From the NCBI GenBank assembly GCA_035628035.1, contig DASPKS010000180.1:1-47537 (forward strand): a stretch of DNA of 47,537 bases, in the 5' to 3' direction. Below, one piece after another: positions 9,573 through 17,551 of the stretch. The position numbers and the translations under genes are program-made. Within the stretch, counting starts at the first letter, position 1. Each line of letters begins with the position of its first letter. The notes under the pieces were generated by a model. It was not told the DNA's origin and did not search any database. It saw only the letters and a list, made by a program, of their open reading frames with translations. This DNA comes from Rubricoccaceae bacterium (GTDB lineage: Bacteria > Bacteroidota > Rhodothermia > Rhodothermales > Rubricoccaceae).

Positions 9573-12461
9573 TCAGCGCATGGCGCGGGCCGGGGGGCGG
9601 CGGAGGGCGCGGCGGCACGCGGCGAGGTCGGCCTGCGCGGCGCGGGTGGCCTCGTGGTCGGGCCCGAAGGCGTCAAGGAGCGCGGCGTGGGCGGCGGCGA
9701 GCACCGGCTCGGCCTCCTCGGCGCGGCCCAGCGCGAGGAAGCTCGCGCCGAGGAGGTGGAGCGCGCGCGTGCCGGAGCGCTCCTCGGGGTCGTAGCCGTC
9801 GAGGGCGGTGCGCGCGTCGGCGGCGGCGCGGAGGAGGGGGGCGGCTTCGGCGTGGGCCCCCCGCCGCGCGCGAAGGCGGCCGAGATCATAGGCGGCCTCG
9901 GCCCGGCGGGCGTTGGTCGCCGGAAGCCGCTCGCCGACGACGGCCCACACCTCGGCGTAGCGCTGCTCGGCGAGGGCGAGGCGGCCGGCCGCCTCGGCGT
10001 TGTGGCCCGCGTTCAGGCGCATCATCGCCACCTGCGGGTTGTCGGCCCCGAAGATCCCGATGAGCAGGGGGAACGCCTCCGCGAACGCGGCCTCGGCCTC
10101 CGCGTAGCGCCCGTTCTGCGAGAGCGTCCACGCGGTCATGGCGAGGGTGTTGGCATAGAGCACGCTCTCCCGCCCGTGCACGGCCTCGACGAGGGGAAGC
10201 GCCTGCCGGGCCACATCGAGGGCCTCGGCGTGCCGGCCGAACTCGGTGAGGAAGAGCCGCAGCTTGAGAAGATCGTCTAGGTAGCTCTCGCTCCGCGGGC
10301 CGTCCGTTCGCTCATGCAATGCGAGGGCCGTGCGGAGGTGCCGCTCGCCATCACCGGCCCGTCGCAGCCCGATGGCGTTGACGCCGAGCAGGGCGTGGAC
10401 ATCGGCGACGGCCCGGTGCGCGGAGCCGTAGACGCGCGTGCGCAGAGCGAGCGCCTCTTCGAGGAGGGGCTGCGCCTCGGCGTACTGCCGCTTAAAGTGG
10501 AGGAGCTGGCCGAGCTCGAAGAGGGTATTCGCGAGGTCGAGCGGCTTCCCCGGCGCGCGGCGCTCCACGGCAAGGGCTTCGCGGAAGAGCGCCTCGGCGC
10601 GGTCGAAGTCGCCCGTGAGGTGCTGGGCGAGCGCGAGCGTGTAGAGGGCCGGGCCCAGGCCGGGGTCGTTGGGGCCGTAGTGCGCGCGACGGAGGGCGAC
10701 GGCCTGTTCCAGCGGCGGGCCTACTCGCTCCGGGGAGTCGGTGAACGTGAGGCGCGTTCGGCCCAGCGCCTCTAGCGCCTCGATGAGGGTCTCGGTGTCA
10801 CCGCGGGCCCGCGCACGCCTCCCGGCCGCGCGCAGGAGGGAGTCGGCGACTTCAAAGCGGTTGGCGGCGGCGAGCGCCTGACCGAGGCGGACCTCGGCGC
10901 TGGCGACGTTGGCCGGCGCGGCGCGGCGGCGAAGAACGAGCGCGTGCCGCGCGAACGCGACCGCCCGGTCGGACACGCCGAGGTTTTCGTACGCCCGGCT
11001 GATGACGAGGTAGAGGTCGGCCTGCACGTCGGGCTGCCCCGCCAGCTCCGTCTCGACCCGCGCGGCGCCCCGCGCGAGGAGGTCGTAGGCGGTGAGGGTG
11101 TCGCCTTGGGCCACGGTGGGGTCGGCGCCCTCGAAGAGGCCGGCGAGCGTGGCCGAGACCTGCTCGGCGCGGGTGGCCGCCGCGCGGGCGCGGTCGCGCT
11201 CGGCCGTCACGCGGACGGTGTAGAAGGCGCCCCCGCCGAGGACCAGCAGCGCGACGGCTACCGACGCCGCCACGCCCGCGGGGTGGCGCCGCACGAACGT
11301 CCGCACGCGGTACCCGACCGTCGGCGGGCGGGCCGTGACCGGAAGGCCAGCGCGGTAGCGGCGGACGTCTTCGAGGAGGGCGTCGGCGCTGGCATAGCGG
11401 GCCTCGGGCTCCTTGCGGAGCGCCTTCAGGCAGATCGTGTCGAGGTCGCCGCGGAGGCGGCGGTACGCGGCGCGGTCGGCCGCGCGGAGCGCCGCGCTGG
11501 GGCGGACGGGCTCGCGCGTGAGGATGGCCTCCTCCAGCGCCGTCGGCGTCGGCGCCTCGAAGGGGCGGCGCCCCGTGAGCAGCTCGTAGAGCAGCACGCC
11601 GAGGGCGTAGACGTCGGTGGCCGTCGTGATGGCCTCGCTGCGGAGCTGCTCCGGCGCCGCGTAGGCGCGCGTCATCGGGCGCACGCCCGCCGCCGTGAGC
11701 GTCGTCGCTTCGGAGCCCTCCTCGTCGCCGCCGAGGAGGCGGGCGATCCCGAAGTCGAGCAGCTTGACGCGCGGCCGGCCCTGCTCGTCCACGGCAACAA
11801 GCACGTTGGAGGGCTTGAGGTCGCGGTGGACGACGAGCCGCGCGTGGGCGTGGCGGACGGCCTCGACCGTCTCTTCGAACAGCGACAAGCGGGCGTCGAG
11901 GCCGAGGGTATGGCGGTCGGTGTAGGTCGTGATCGGCTCGCCCGCGACGTACTCCATCGCGAACCAGGGGCGGCCGTCGGGGGTCGCGCCGCCGTCGAGG
12001 AGTCGGGCGATGCCGGGGTGCTCCAGCCGCGCGAGGATCCGGCGCTCGGCGTGGAAGCGCCGGAGCACGGCGGCCGTGTCCATCCCGCGTTTGACGAGCT
12101 TGAGGGCGACGGTCTGCGCGAAGGCGCCGTCAGCGCGCTCCGCCAGGAACACCTCGCCCATGCCGCCCTCCCCGAGCCGACGGAGCACACGGTATGGCCC
12201 TATGACCTCCCCCTCGGTAATGGAGGGCACCTCCTCCGGCCCCGACTCAGCGAGAACGTCGAGGAGGACGGCGGCGGGGGCGTCGTAGAGGAAGCTGCCC
12301 GCCTCGGTGTCGGCGGCCAGCAGCGCCTCGACGTCGGCGCGGAGCGCGCCGTCGGCGGCGTCGAGGAACGCGGCGCGCTCGGCGACCGGGCGCGACACGG
12401 CCTCCTCAAAGAGGGCCTTGACCGCGTGCCAGCGAACAGGGTCATCGGAGAGCGTCGCCAT
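9573..12461 (-). CDS. serine/threonine protein kinase with C-terminal TPR repeats
   Basis: ATG 12461 (GTG at 12464 is also possible). Kinase motifs are GEGGMGEVF, VALK, HRDLKPSNVLV, DFGIARLL and APE. One TM segment (AASVAVALLVLGGGAFYTV) is followed by about 550 aa of TPR-like repeats. The pre-kinase N-terminus (..RAAFLDAADGALRADVEALLAADTEAGSFL) is typical of ECF-associated kinases. Confidence 0.93.
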   Translation of the reverse strand: MATLSDDPVRWHAVKALFEEAVSRPVAERAAFLDAADGALRADVEALLAADTEAGSFLYDAPAAVLLDVLAESGPEEVPSITEGEVIGPYRVLRRLGEGGMGEVFLAERADGAFAQTVALKLVKRGMDTAAVLRRFHAERRILARLEHPGIARLLDGGATPDGRPWFAMEYVAGEPITTYTDRHTLGLDARLSLFEETVEAVRHAHARLVVHRDLKPSNVLVAVDEQGRPRVKLLDFGIARLLGGDEEGSEATTLTAAGVRPMTRAYAAPEQLRSEAITTATDVYALGVLLYELLTGRRPFEAPTPTALEEAILTREPVRPSAALRAADRAAYRRLRGDLDTICLKALRKEPEARYASADALLEDVRRYRAGLPVTARPPTVGYRVRTFVRRHPAGVAASVAVALLVLGGGAFYTVRVTAERDRARAAATRAEQVSATLAGLFEGADPTVAQGDTLTAYDLLARGAARVETELAGQPDVQADLYLVISRAYENLGVSDRAVAFARHALVLRRRAAPANVASAEVRLGQALAAANRFEVADSLLRAAGRRARARGDTETLIEALEALGRTRLTFTDSPERVGPPLEQAVALRRAHYGPNDPGLGPALYTLALAQHLTGDFDRAEALFREALAVERRAPGKPLDLANTLFELGQLLHFKRQYAEAQPLLEEALALRTRVYGSAHRAVADVHALLGVNAIGLRRAGDGERHLRTALALHERTDGPRSESYLDDLLKLRLFLTEFGRHAEALDVARQALPLVEAVHGRESVLYANTLAMTAWTLSQNGRYAEAEAAFAEAFPLLIGIFGADNPQVAMMRLNAGHNAEAAGRLALAEQRYAEVWAVVGERLPATNARRAEAAYDLGRLRARRGAHAEAAPLLRAAADARTALDGYDPEERSGTRALHLLGASFLALGRAEEAEPVLAAAHAALLDAFGPDHEATRAAQADLAACRRALRRPPARAMR

Positions 12462-12533
12462 CACCGTCTCATGCGAGATCGCGGAGGGCCGGGGCTCACG
12501 ATACGGCGCCGCACGCAGCCGCCAAGCATGCCG

Positions 12534-13328
12534 CTAGTCGAACCGCGAGAAGTCCGGCAGGCGCTTTTCGAGGAAGGCCGCGAGGGCTTCCTGCGCCTCC
12601 GGCGCGGCGAGCCGCTCGACGAAATGCCCGGCTTCGACCTCCATGGCCTCTGCCACACTGCCGGCCCCCGCCCGCCGCAGGAGGGCCTTGGTGAGGCGCA
12701 CGGCCGCAGGCGGCCGCTCGGCGAGCGCCCGCGCCCGGGCCATCGCGTGATCGAGGAGCGCTCCAGCAGGCACGACCGCCGCGATGAGCCCGGCCTGCAC
12801 CGCTTCGTCGGCGGAGAAGGGCTCGCCGAAGAGCAGCCACGCGGCCGCGCGCTGCGGCCCCACCGCGAGGGGGAGCAGCAGGCTCGACGCCGCCTCGGGC
12901 ACGAGGCCGAGGTTCACGAACGGGAGCTGGAAGCGCGCCGTCGGCGCGGCGTAGGCGAGGTCGCAGTGGAGCAGCAGCGTCGTCCCGATGCCGACGGCGT
13001 GGCCCTCCACGGCGGCGAGGAGCGGCTTCGGGAAGTCGCGCACCGTACGGAGGAACCGGAAGACGGGGCTTGTCTCGTCGCGCGGGGGGTCACTCAGAAA
13101 ATCCCCGAGGTCGTTGCCCGCGGTGAAGGTGCCGCCCTCGCCGTGCAGGAGGACCACGCGAACGGCTGGATCGGCCGCGGCCTCGTCGAGGGTGTCGGCG
13201 AGGGCCGTGTACATCCCCCGCGTGAGGGCGTTCTTCTTCTCCGGCCGGGCGAGCGTGAGGCGGAGGACGCGGCCTTCTAGGGCGACGTGGACGTGGGAAA
13301 CCGGAGGTTCCTGCAGGGAATCGGGCAT
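12534..13328 (-). CDS. enoyl-CoA hydratase/isomerase family protein
   Basis: Crotonase-fold motifs are present: LTLARPEKKNALT, GEGGTFTAGNDLGDF and AVEGHAVGIGTTLLLHCD. Confidence 0.9.
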   Translation of the reverse strand: MPDSLQEPPVSHVHVALEGRVLRLTLARPEKKNALTRGMYTALADTLDEAAADPAVRVVLLHGEGGTFTAGNDLGDFLSDPPRDETSPVFRFLRTVRDFPKPLLAAVEGHAVGIGTTLLLHCDLAYAAPTARFQLPFVNLGLVPEAASSLLLPLAVGPQRAAAWLLFGEPFSADEAVQAGLIAAVVPAGALLDHAMARARALAERPPAAVRLTKALLRRAGAGSVAEAMEVEAGHFVERLAAPEAQEALAAFLEKRLPDFSRFD

Positions 13329-13402
13329 GGGCGCGGGGGACGGGGACCGCGAAGGTACCGGGCAAGCGGGTTATCTTCGGGGGCCCCTCATCCTCCGTCC
13401 TG

Positions 13403-13987
13403 ATGGCTACCCTCGCGCTCCACTCTCCCGCTGCGTCTTCCGTGGACCGCCTCCGCTCGGGCGAGGCCTCGCTCACCGTCCAAGCGGCCGGCGTCGTCGG
13501 CTTCGCGCTCCTGACGGGGCTGCTGGCCCAGTTCGAGATCCGCCTCTACCTCTGGGAGGTGCCCATCACGCTCCAGACCCTCGGCGTGTATTCGGCGGGG
13601 CTGTTCCTCGGCGCACGCAACGGCGGGCTCGCGATGGTGCTCTACCTCGCCCTCGGGCTCGTCCTCCCGTTCTACGCGGGTGGCGCCTCGGGCCTCGAGC
13701 ACTACGCGGGCGCCACGGGCGGCTACCTCGTCGGGATCCCCCTCGCTGCCGCCGCCATCGGCGCTGTCTCGCGGCGGTGGAACTCGTGGGCGGGCAGCGC
13801 GCTGGCCGTCTTCGCCGGCTCGGCGGTCCTCTTCACGTGCGGCGTGACGTGGCTCCACTTCGCCGCCGGCCACGCCACGTGGGCCGAGTCCCTCGACAAG
13901 GGGTGGCTCCGGTTCGTCGTGTGGGACCTCACGAAGATCGCCCTCGTGAGCGCGGCCTACGCCGGCACGCGGCGGCTCACCGCCTGA
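13403..13987 (+). CDS. bioY: biotin transporter BioY
   Basis: 194-aa polytopic membrane protein with VPITLQTLGV and TGGYLVGIPLAA, both characteristic of BioY. No bioMN genes are adjacent. Confidence 0.85.
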   Translation: MATLALHSPAASSVDRLRSGEASLTVQAAGVVGFALLTGLLAQFEIRLYLWEVPITLQTLGVYSAGLFLGARNGGLAMVLYLALGLVLPFYAGGASGLEHYAGATGGYLVGIPLAAAAIGAVSRRWNSWAGSALAVFAGSAVLFTCGVTWLHFAAGHATWAESLDKGWLRFVVWDLTKIALVSAAYAGTRRLTA

Positions 13988-14019
13988 GCCGGCTGCTCGA
14001 CGCTTTCCTCCTTCTTCCT

Positions 14020-14058
14020 CCGCCCCCGGCCGCGTTACCCCGCTGCGGCCGGGGGCGG
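14020..14058 (+). terminator. GC-rich hairpin downstream of bioY, without a U-tract
   Basis: ccgcccccggccgc (14020-14033) pairs perfectly with gcggccgggggcgg (14045-14058) around an 11-nt loop. No T-run follows, so terminator function is uncertain. Confidence 0.35.
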
Positions 14059-14099
14059 CTCCATGTGCGACCCACCGGTCTCCTAAACCCTCCGACCCC

Positions 14100-14636
14100 A
14101 TGCGTCCCCGTTCGCTGCTTCTCCCCCTCTCCCTCAGCCTCCTCCTCGGCGTCGCCGGCTGCGACGCCGGCGACCACGACCACGACGTGATCGGCAACGA
14201 CGTCGTCGTCGTCAACTTCTCCTTCGACGGCTCCGACCTCGACGTGAACACCGACGCCACCGTCGGGTCCTACCAGCGCTCGGTCTCGGCCATTACCGAC
14301 GACATCTTCGACGAGGGCGCCGTGCTCCTCTACGCCGACGGCGAGCTGATCCTCGACGGCGGCGCGGGCACTTGGACCGCCCTCCCCGTCACGCAGGGCG
14401 TGGACCTCGACGACGACCTCATCGTCGACTACACCCTCACGTTCACGTACTCCTACGACGTGGGTGACCTCTACGTCGACATCATCTCGTCGGCCACCGG
14501 GACGGTGTTCGAGGACCTCCCCCGGACTGACTTCAAGCTCATCGTCATCGCGGGCGGGCCGTCCGGGACCCTGCGCGGCGTCGACCGGACGAACTACGAG
14601 GCCGTCCGCCAGGCCCTCGGGATCGCGGCGGAGTAA
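14100..14636 (+). CDS. hypothetical lipoprotein
   Basis: Signal peptide with lipobox (LLLGVAGC), then an acidic, beta-rich sequence. No family recognised. Confidence 0.7.
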   Translation: MRPRSLLLPLSLSLLLGVAGCDAGDHDHDVIGNDVVVVNFSFDGSDLDVNTDATVGSYQRSVSAITDDIFDEGAVLLYADGELILDGGAGTWTALPVTQGVDLDDDLIVDYTLTFTYSYDVGDLYVDIISSATGTVFEDLPRTDFKLIVIAGGPSGTLRGVDRTNYEAVRQALGIAAE

Positions 14637-14656
14637 CCCTCCCCCGCCCCGATTGA

Positions 14657-14690
14657 GCGCCGCCCCCACGCCAGGGGGGCGGCGTTTTTT
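14657..14690 (+). terminator. rho-independent terminator
   Basis: Stem gcgccgccccc / ggggggcggcg with loop acgcca, followed by tttttt (14685-14690). It starts about 20 nt after the lipoprotein stop. Confidence 0.75.
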
Positions 14691-14770
14691 CGTTCGGGGG
14701 TGCGTGAGCCCCTTGCTCGTACGGAACGCGGCGCGGCCTCCGCCGTGCCACCCCCAGCCCTAGCTCCGCC

Positions 14771-15871
14771 ATGCGATTCCGGTACTCGAAGTGGGACGAG
14801 GCGCGCCACGGCCAGGCGCACTCGACGTTTGAGAAGCTGCTCGACCTGTTCCAGCAGCTCCTCTTCCACACCGGCGGCGACGCCGCCGAGGCGCTCGCGT
14901 GGCTCACCCAGCTCGACCGCCGCTACGGCCTCACCGACGACGAGATGGGGCTGGGCGACTTCATCGAGGAGTTGAAGAGCCGGGGCTACATCGAGCGCGA
15001 CGAGCAGACGGGCGTCGTCGCGATCACGGCGAAGACGGAGCGGGGCCTCCGCGAGCGCTCGCTCGAAGAGATCTTCTCGCACCTCCGGAAGGGGAGCGCG
15101 GGGGCCCACGCCACCCCCTACGCCGGCGCGGGCGACGAGCGCCAGCCCGAGACGCGCCCGTACGCCTTCGGCGACGACCTCCACCAGCTCGACGTCACCG
15201 GCACGCTCTCGAACGCCTTCCGCCGCGTCGGCCTCGACGAGTTCGCGCTCTCGGAGGACGACGTGGAGGTGTTCGAGACCGACCACCACGCCTCCGTCTC
15301 GACCGTCGTCCTCATCGACCTCTCGCACTCGATGGTGCTCTACGGCGAGGACCGCATTACGCCCGCGCGGAAGACGGCCCTCGCGCTGGCCGAGCTCATC
15401 ACGACGCGCTACCCCAAGGACACCCTCGACCTCGTGGCCTTCGGCGACGACGCGTGGGAGGTGCAGCTGAAGGACCTCCCCTACCTCCAGGCCGGGCCCT
15501 ACCACACCAACACGCGGGCCGGGCTGGAGCGCGCCCGCACGATCCTCCGACGCCGGAAGAACCGGAACAAGCAGGTCTTCCTGATCACCGACGGCAAGCC
15601 GTCGTGCCACTTCGAGAACGGGCGCCTCTACAAGAACCCCTATGGGCTCGACCGGAAGATCATCAACAAGGTGCTCGACGAGGCGGCGATGTGCCGCCGC
15701 GAGAAGATCACGATCTCGACGTTCATGATCGCGAGCGACCCGTACCTCCAGGCGTTCGTGCGCGAGCTGACGGCCGTGAACCAGGGCCGCGCGTGGTACG
15801 CCGCGCTCGACGACCTCGGCAGCTTCCTCTTCGAGGACTACGTGCGCAACCGCCGCAAGCGGGCACGCTGA
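14771..15871 (+). CDS. VWA domain-containing protein
   Basis: MIDAS motif DxSxS (VVLIDLSHSM) with downstream LITDGKPS, plus an N-terminal helical region. No MoxR/AAA partner gene is adjacent. Confidence 0.85.
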   Translation: MRFRYSKWDEARHGQAHSTFEKLLDLFQQLLFHTGGDAAEALAWLTQLDRRYGLTDDEMGLGDFIEELKSRGYIERDEQTGVVAITAKTERGLRERSLEEIFSHLRKGSAGAHATPYAGAGDERQPETRPYAFGDDLHQLDVTGTLSNAFRRVGLDEFALSEDDVEVFETDHHASVSTVVLIDLSHSMVLYGEDRITPARKTALALAELITTRYPKDTLDLVAFGDDAWEVQLKDLPYLQAGPYHTNTRAGLERARTILRRRKNRNKQVFLITDGKPSCHFENGRLYKNPYGLDRKIINKVLDEAAMCRREKITISTFMIASDPYLQAFVRELTAVNQGRAWYAALDDLGSFLFEDYVRNRRKRAR

Positions 15872-15897
15872 GGGGAGGGGCCGGGTGGCCCCTCCCC
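15872..15897. terminator. hairpin between convergent genes, a possible bidirectional terminator
   Basis: ggggaggggcc (15872-15882) pairs perfectly with ggcccctcccc (15887-15897) around loop gggt. It fills the 32-bp gap between the VWA and MerR genes. There is no clear U-tract. Confidence 0.5.
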
Positions 15898-15903
15898 TCG
15901 CGG

Positions 15904-16647
15904 TTAGCGCCGCGCGTGGTACGCCGCCATGATGCGGCCGTAGTAGTCGGCCAGCTCGGGCGAGACGCCCCACAGCCGGTGCATACCGCCGGGGTTCTCG
16001 GCGTACGCGTCGTTGAGCGACTGCCGGATGCTAGTATCGCCGCCGGTGAACTCGCCGATGAGGGCTTCGGCCTTCGCGGCGAGGGCCTGTGGCTCCGGCG
16101 CGGCGGGGTCGGTGCCTGTCTCCATATGCCGCTGCGCCTCGGCGAAGAGGGCCTGCCACTCCTGCTGGACCTGCTGGATGCGGTCTTCGCCGACGGTCTT
16201 TCGGCGCTGGCGGAGCTGCTCCAGTTGCTCGGGGGTGTAGTGCTTCTCGAACATCGTCGTGAGGTGGATGGTCTGGAGGAGGTCGTCGGTGGAAACAGCG
16301 ACGTGGTCGCGGTGGAAGGCGGCGAGCGCTTCGAGACGCTCGACCAGGTGTTGCTGCTGCTTGATGCTTCCTCGCACGTGCGCGAGGTGCCGCTCGATGA
16401 CCGCACGTGGGTCGGCGTCGGGCGCGTCGAGGAGGGCGGCGATGGCGTCGAGGGGGAGGCCGAGGGCGCGGAGGGATGCGATCTGCTGGAGGCGCACCAC
16501 GTCAACGGCCGTGTAGCGGCGGTGGCCGGCGGCCGTCCGCGCCGACGGGCGGAGGAGGCCGATGGCGTCGTAGTGGTGGAGCGTGCGAGCGGTGAGGCCC
16601 GTGCGCCGGGCCAGCTCGCCCACGCGGAGGGCAGTGGAGTCGGTCAT
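15904..16647 (-). CDS. MerR family transcriptional regulator with TipAS-like C-terminal domain
   Basis: Trimmed to ATG 16647 (MTDSTALRVGELARRTGLTARTLHHYDAIGLL, a MerR HTH). The coiled-coil linker and C-terminal region (..FEKHYTPEQLEQLRQRR..) resemble the TipAS antibiotic-recognition domain. Confidence 0.88.
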   Translation of the reverse strand: MTDSTALRVGELARRTGLTARTLHHYDAIGLLRPSARTAAGHRRYTAVDVVRLQQIASLRALGLPLDAIAALLDAPDADPRAVIERHLAHVRGSIKQQQHLVERLEALAAFHRDHVAVSTDDLLQTIHLTTMFEKHYTPEQLEQLRQRRKTVGEDRIQQVQQEWQALFAEAQRHMETGTDPAAPEPQALAAKAEALIGEFTGGDTSIRQSLNDAYAENPGGMHRLWGVSPELADYYGRIMAAYHARR

Positions 16648-16676
16648 CAGCGGAGGAGGGTTGTGCGCACGGCGCG

Positions 16677-16708
16677 AGGGTACGACCTTCACGCCGCGTA
16701 AGGATCAA
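16677..16708 (-). promoter_or_regulatory. candidate MerR-type promoter/operator with a 20-nt spacer and central dyad
   Basis: On the minus strand, TTGATC (16708-16703) is followed by a 20-nt spacer and then TACCCT (16682-16677). The spacer holds the dyad CCTTCACGC-C-GCGTAAGG (16686-16703; one extra C in the left arm). The putative -10 lies about 30 nt upstream of the MerR ATG. Confidence 0.4.
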
Positions 16709-16754
16709 GCGCCCTCGCGCCTCTTCACCCGGAGTTCACCCCTGCTCCCACGCC

Positions 16755-17525
16755 ATGTCCGTCCGCCCGAAGAAGCGGCTCGGCCAGCACTTCCTCACGG
16801 ACGCCAACGTCGTCCGCAAGATCGTCGACGCCGTCGGCGCGCCGCCCGACGCGCCCGTCGTCGAGATCGGACCCGGGACGGGCGCGCTCACGGGGCACCT
16901 GCTGGACCGCTACCCCGGCCTCGTCGCGCTCGAAGTAGACCCCGAGGCCATCGCCCACCTCAAAGAAAAGCTCCCCGCGCTCGACGTGCGGGTGGGCGAC
17001 GTGCTCGACGTGGACTGGGGTGCCCTCGCGCGGGAAAAAGGCGGGCCGCTCTACGTCGTCGGCAATCTCCCGTACTACATCACGAGCCCCATCCTCTTCG
17101 CGCTGCTCGACGCGCGGGCGCACGTCCGCCGCGCCGTCGTGATGATGCAGCGCGAGGTGGCCGACCGGATCGTCGCCGCGCCGAACACGAAGGCGTACGG
17201 CGTGCTGAGCGTGCAGCTCCAGCTCCTCGCCCGCCCGAAGATGCTCTTCCCCGTCTCGCGGAACGTGTTCTTCCCGAAGCCCGACGTGGAGAGCGCCGTC
17301 GTCGCCCTCGACTTCGACGCGCCGGCGCCAGACGTAGACGAGGCCGCGCTGCGGCGGGTGATCCGCACGGCGTTCAACCAGCGGCGCAAGATGCTCCGCG
17401 GGAGCCTGGGCGGGCTGGCGGCCGAGTGGGGCCATCCGCCCCCGGCGGCGTTCGCCACACGCCGCCCGGAGAGCCTGCCGCCGGAGGCGTTCGTGGAACT
17501 TACCCGGGCTCTCCTCGCTCCGTAG
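16755..17525 (+). CDS. rsmA: 16S rRNA (adenine1518/1519-N6)-dimethyltransferase
   Basis: KKRLGQHFLTD, VVEIGPGTGALT (SAM-binding) and GNLPYYITSPILF match the KsgA/RsmA family. Confidence 0.95.
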   Translation: MSVRPKKRLGQHFLTDANVVRKIVDAVGAPPDAPVVEIGPGTGALTGHLLDRYPGLVALEVDPEAIAHLKEKLPALDVRVGDVLDVDWGALAREKGGPLYVVGNLPYYITSPILFALLDARAHVRRAVVMMQREVADRIVAAPNTKAYGVLSVQLQLLARPKMLFPVSRNVFFPKPDVESAVVALDFDAPAPDVDEAALRRVIRTAFNQRRKMLRGSLGGLAAEWGHPPPAAFATRRPESLPPEAFVELTRALLAP

Positions 17526-17551
17526 CTTCGAGCGCCCCTCTCTGTTCACCT

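Noticed and set aside
14771-15871. The VWA protein as part of a MoxR/VWA or other multi-gene system.
   Set aside because: No AAA+/MoxR partner or other system components are adjacent. The flanks are a lipoprotein gene with its own terminator and a convergent MerR gene. I treat it as an isolated VWA gene.
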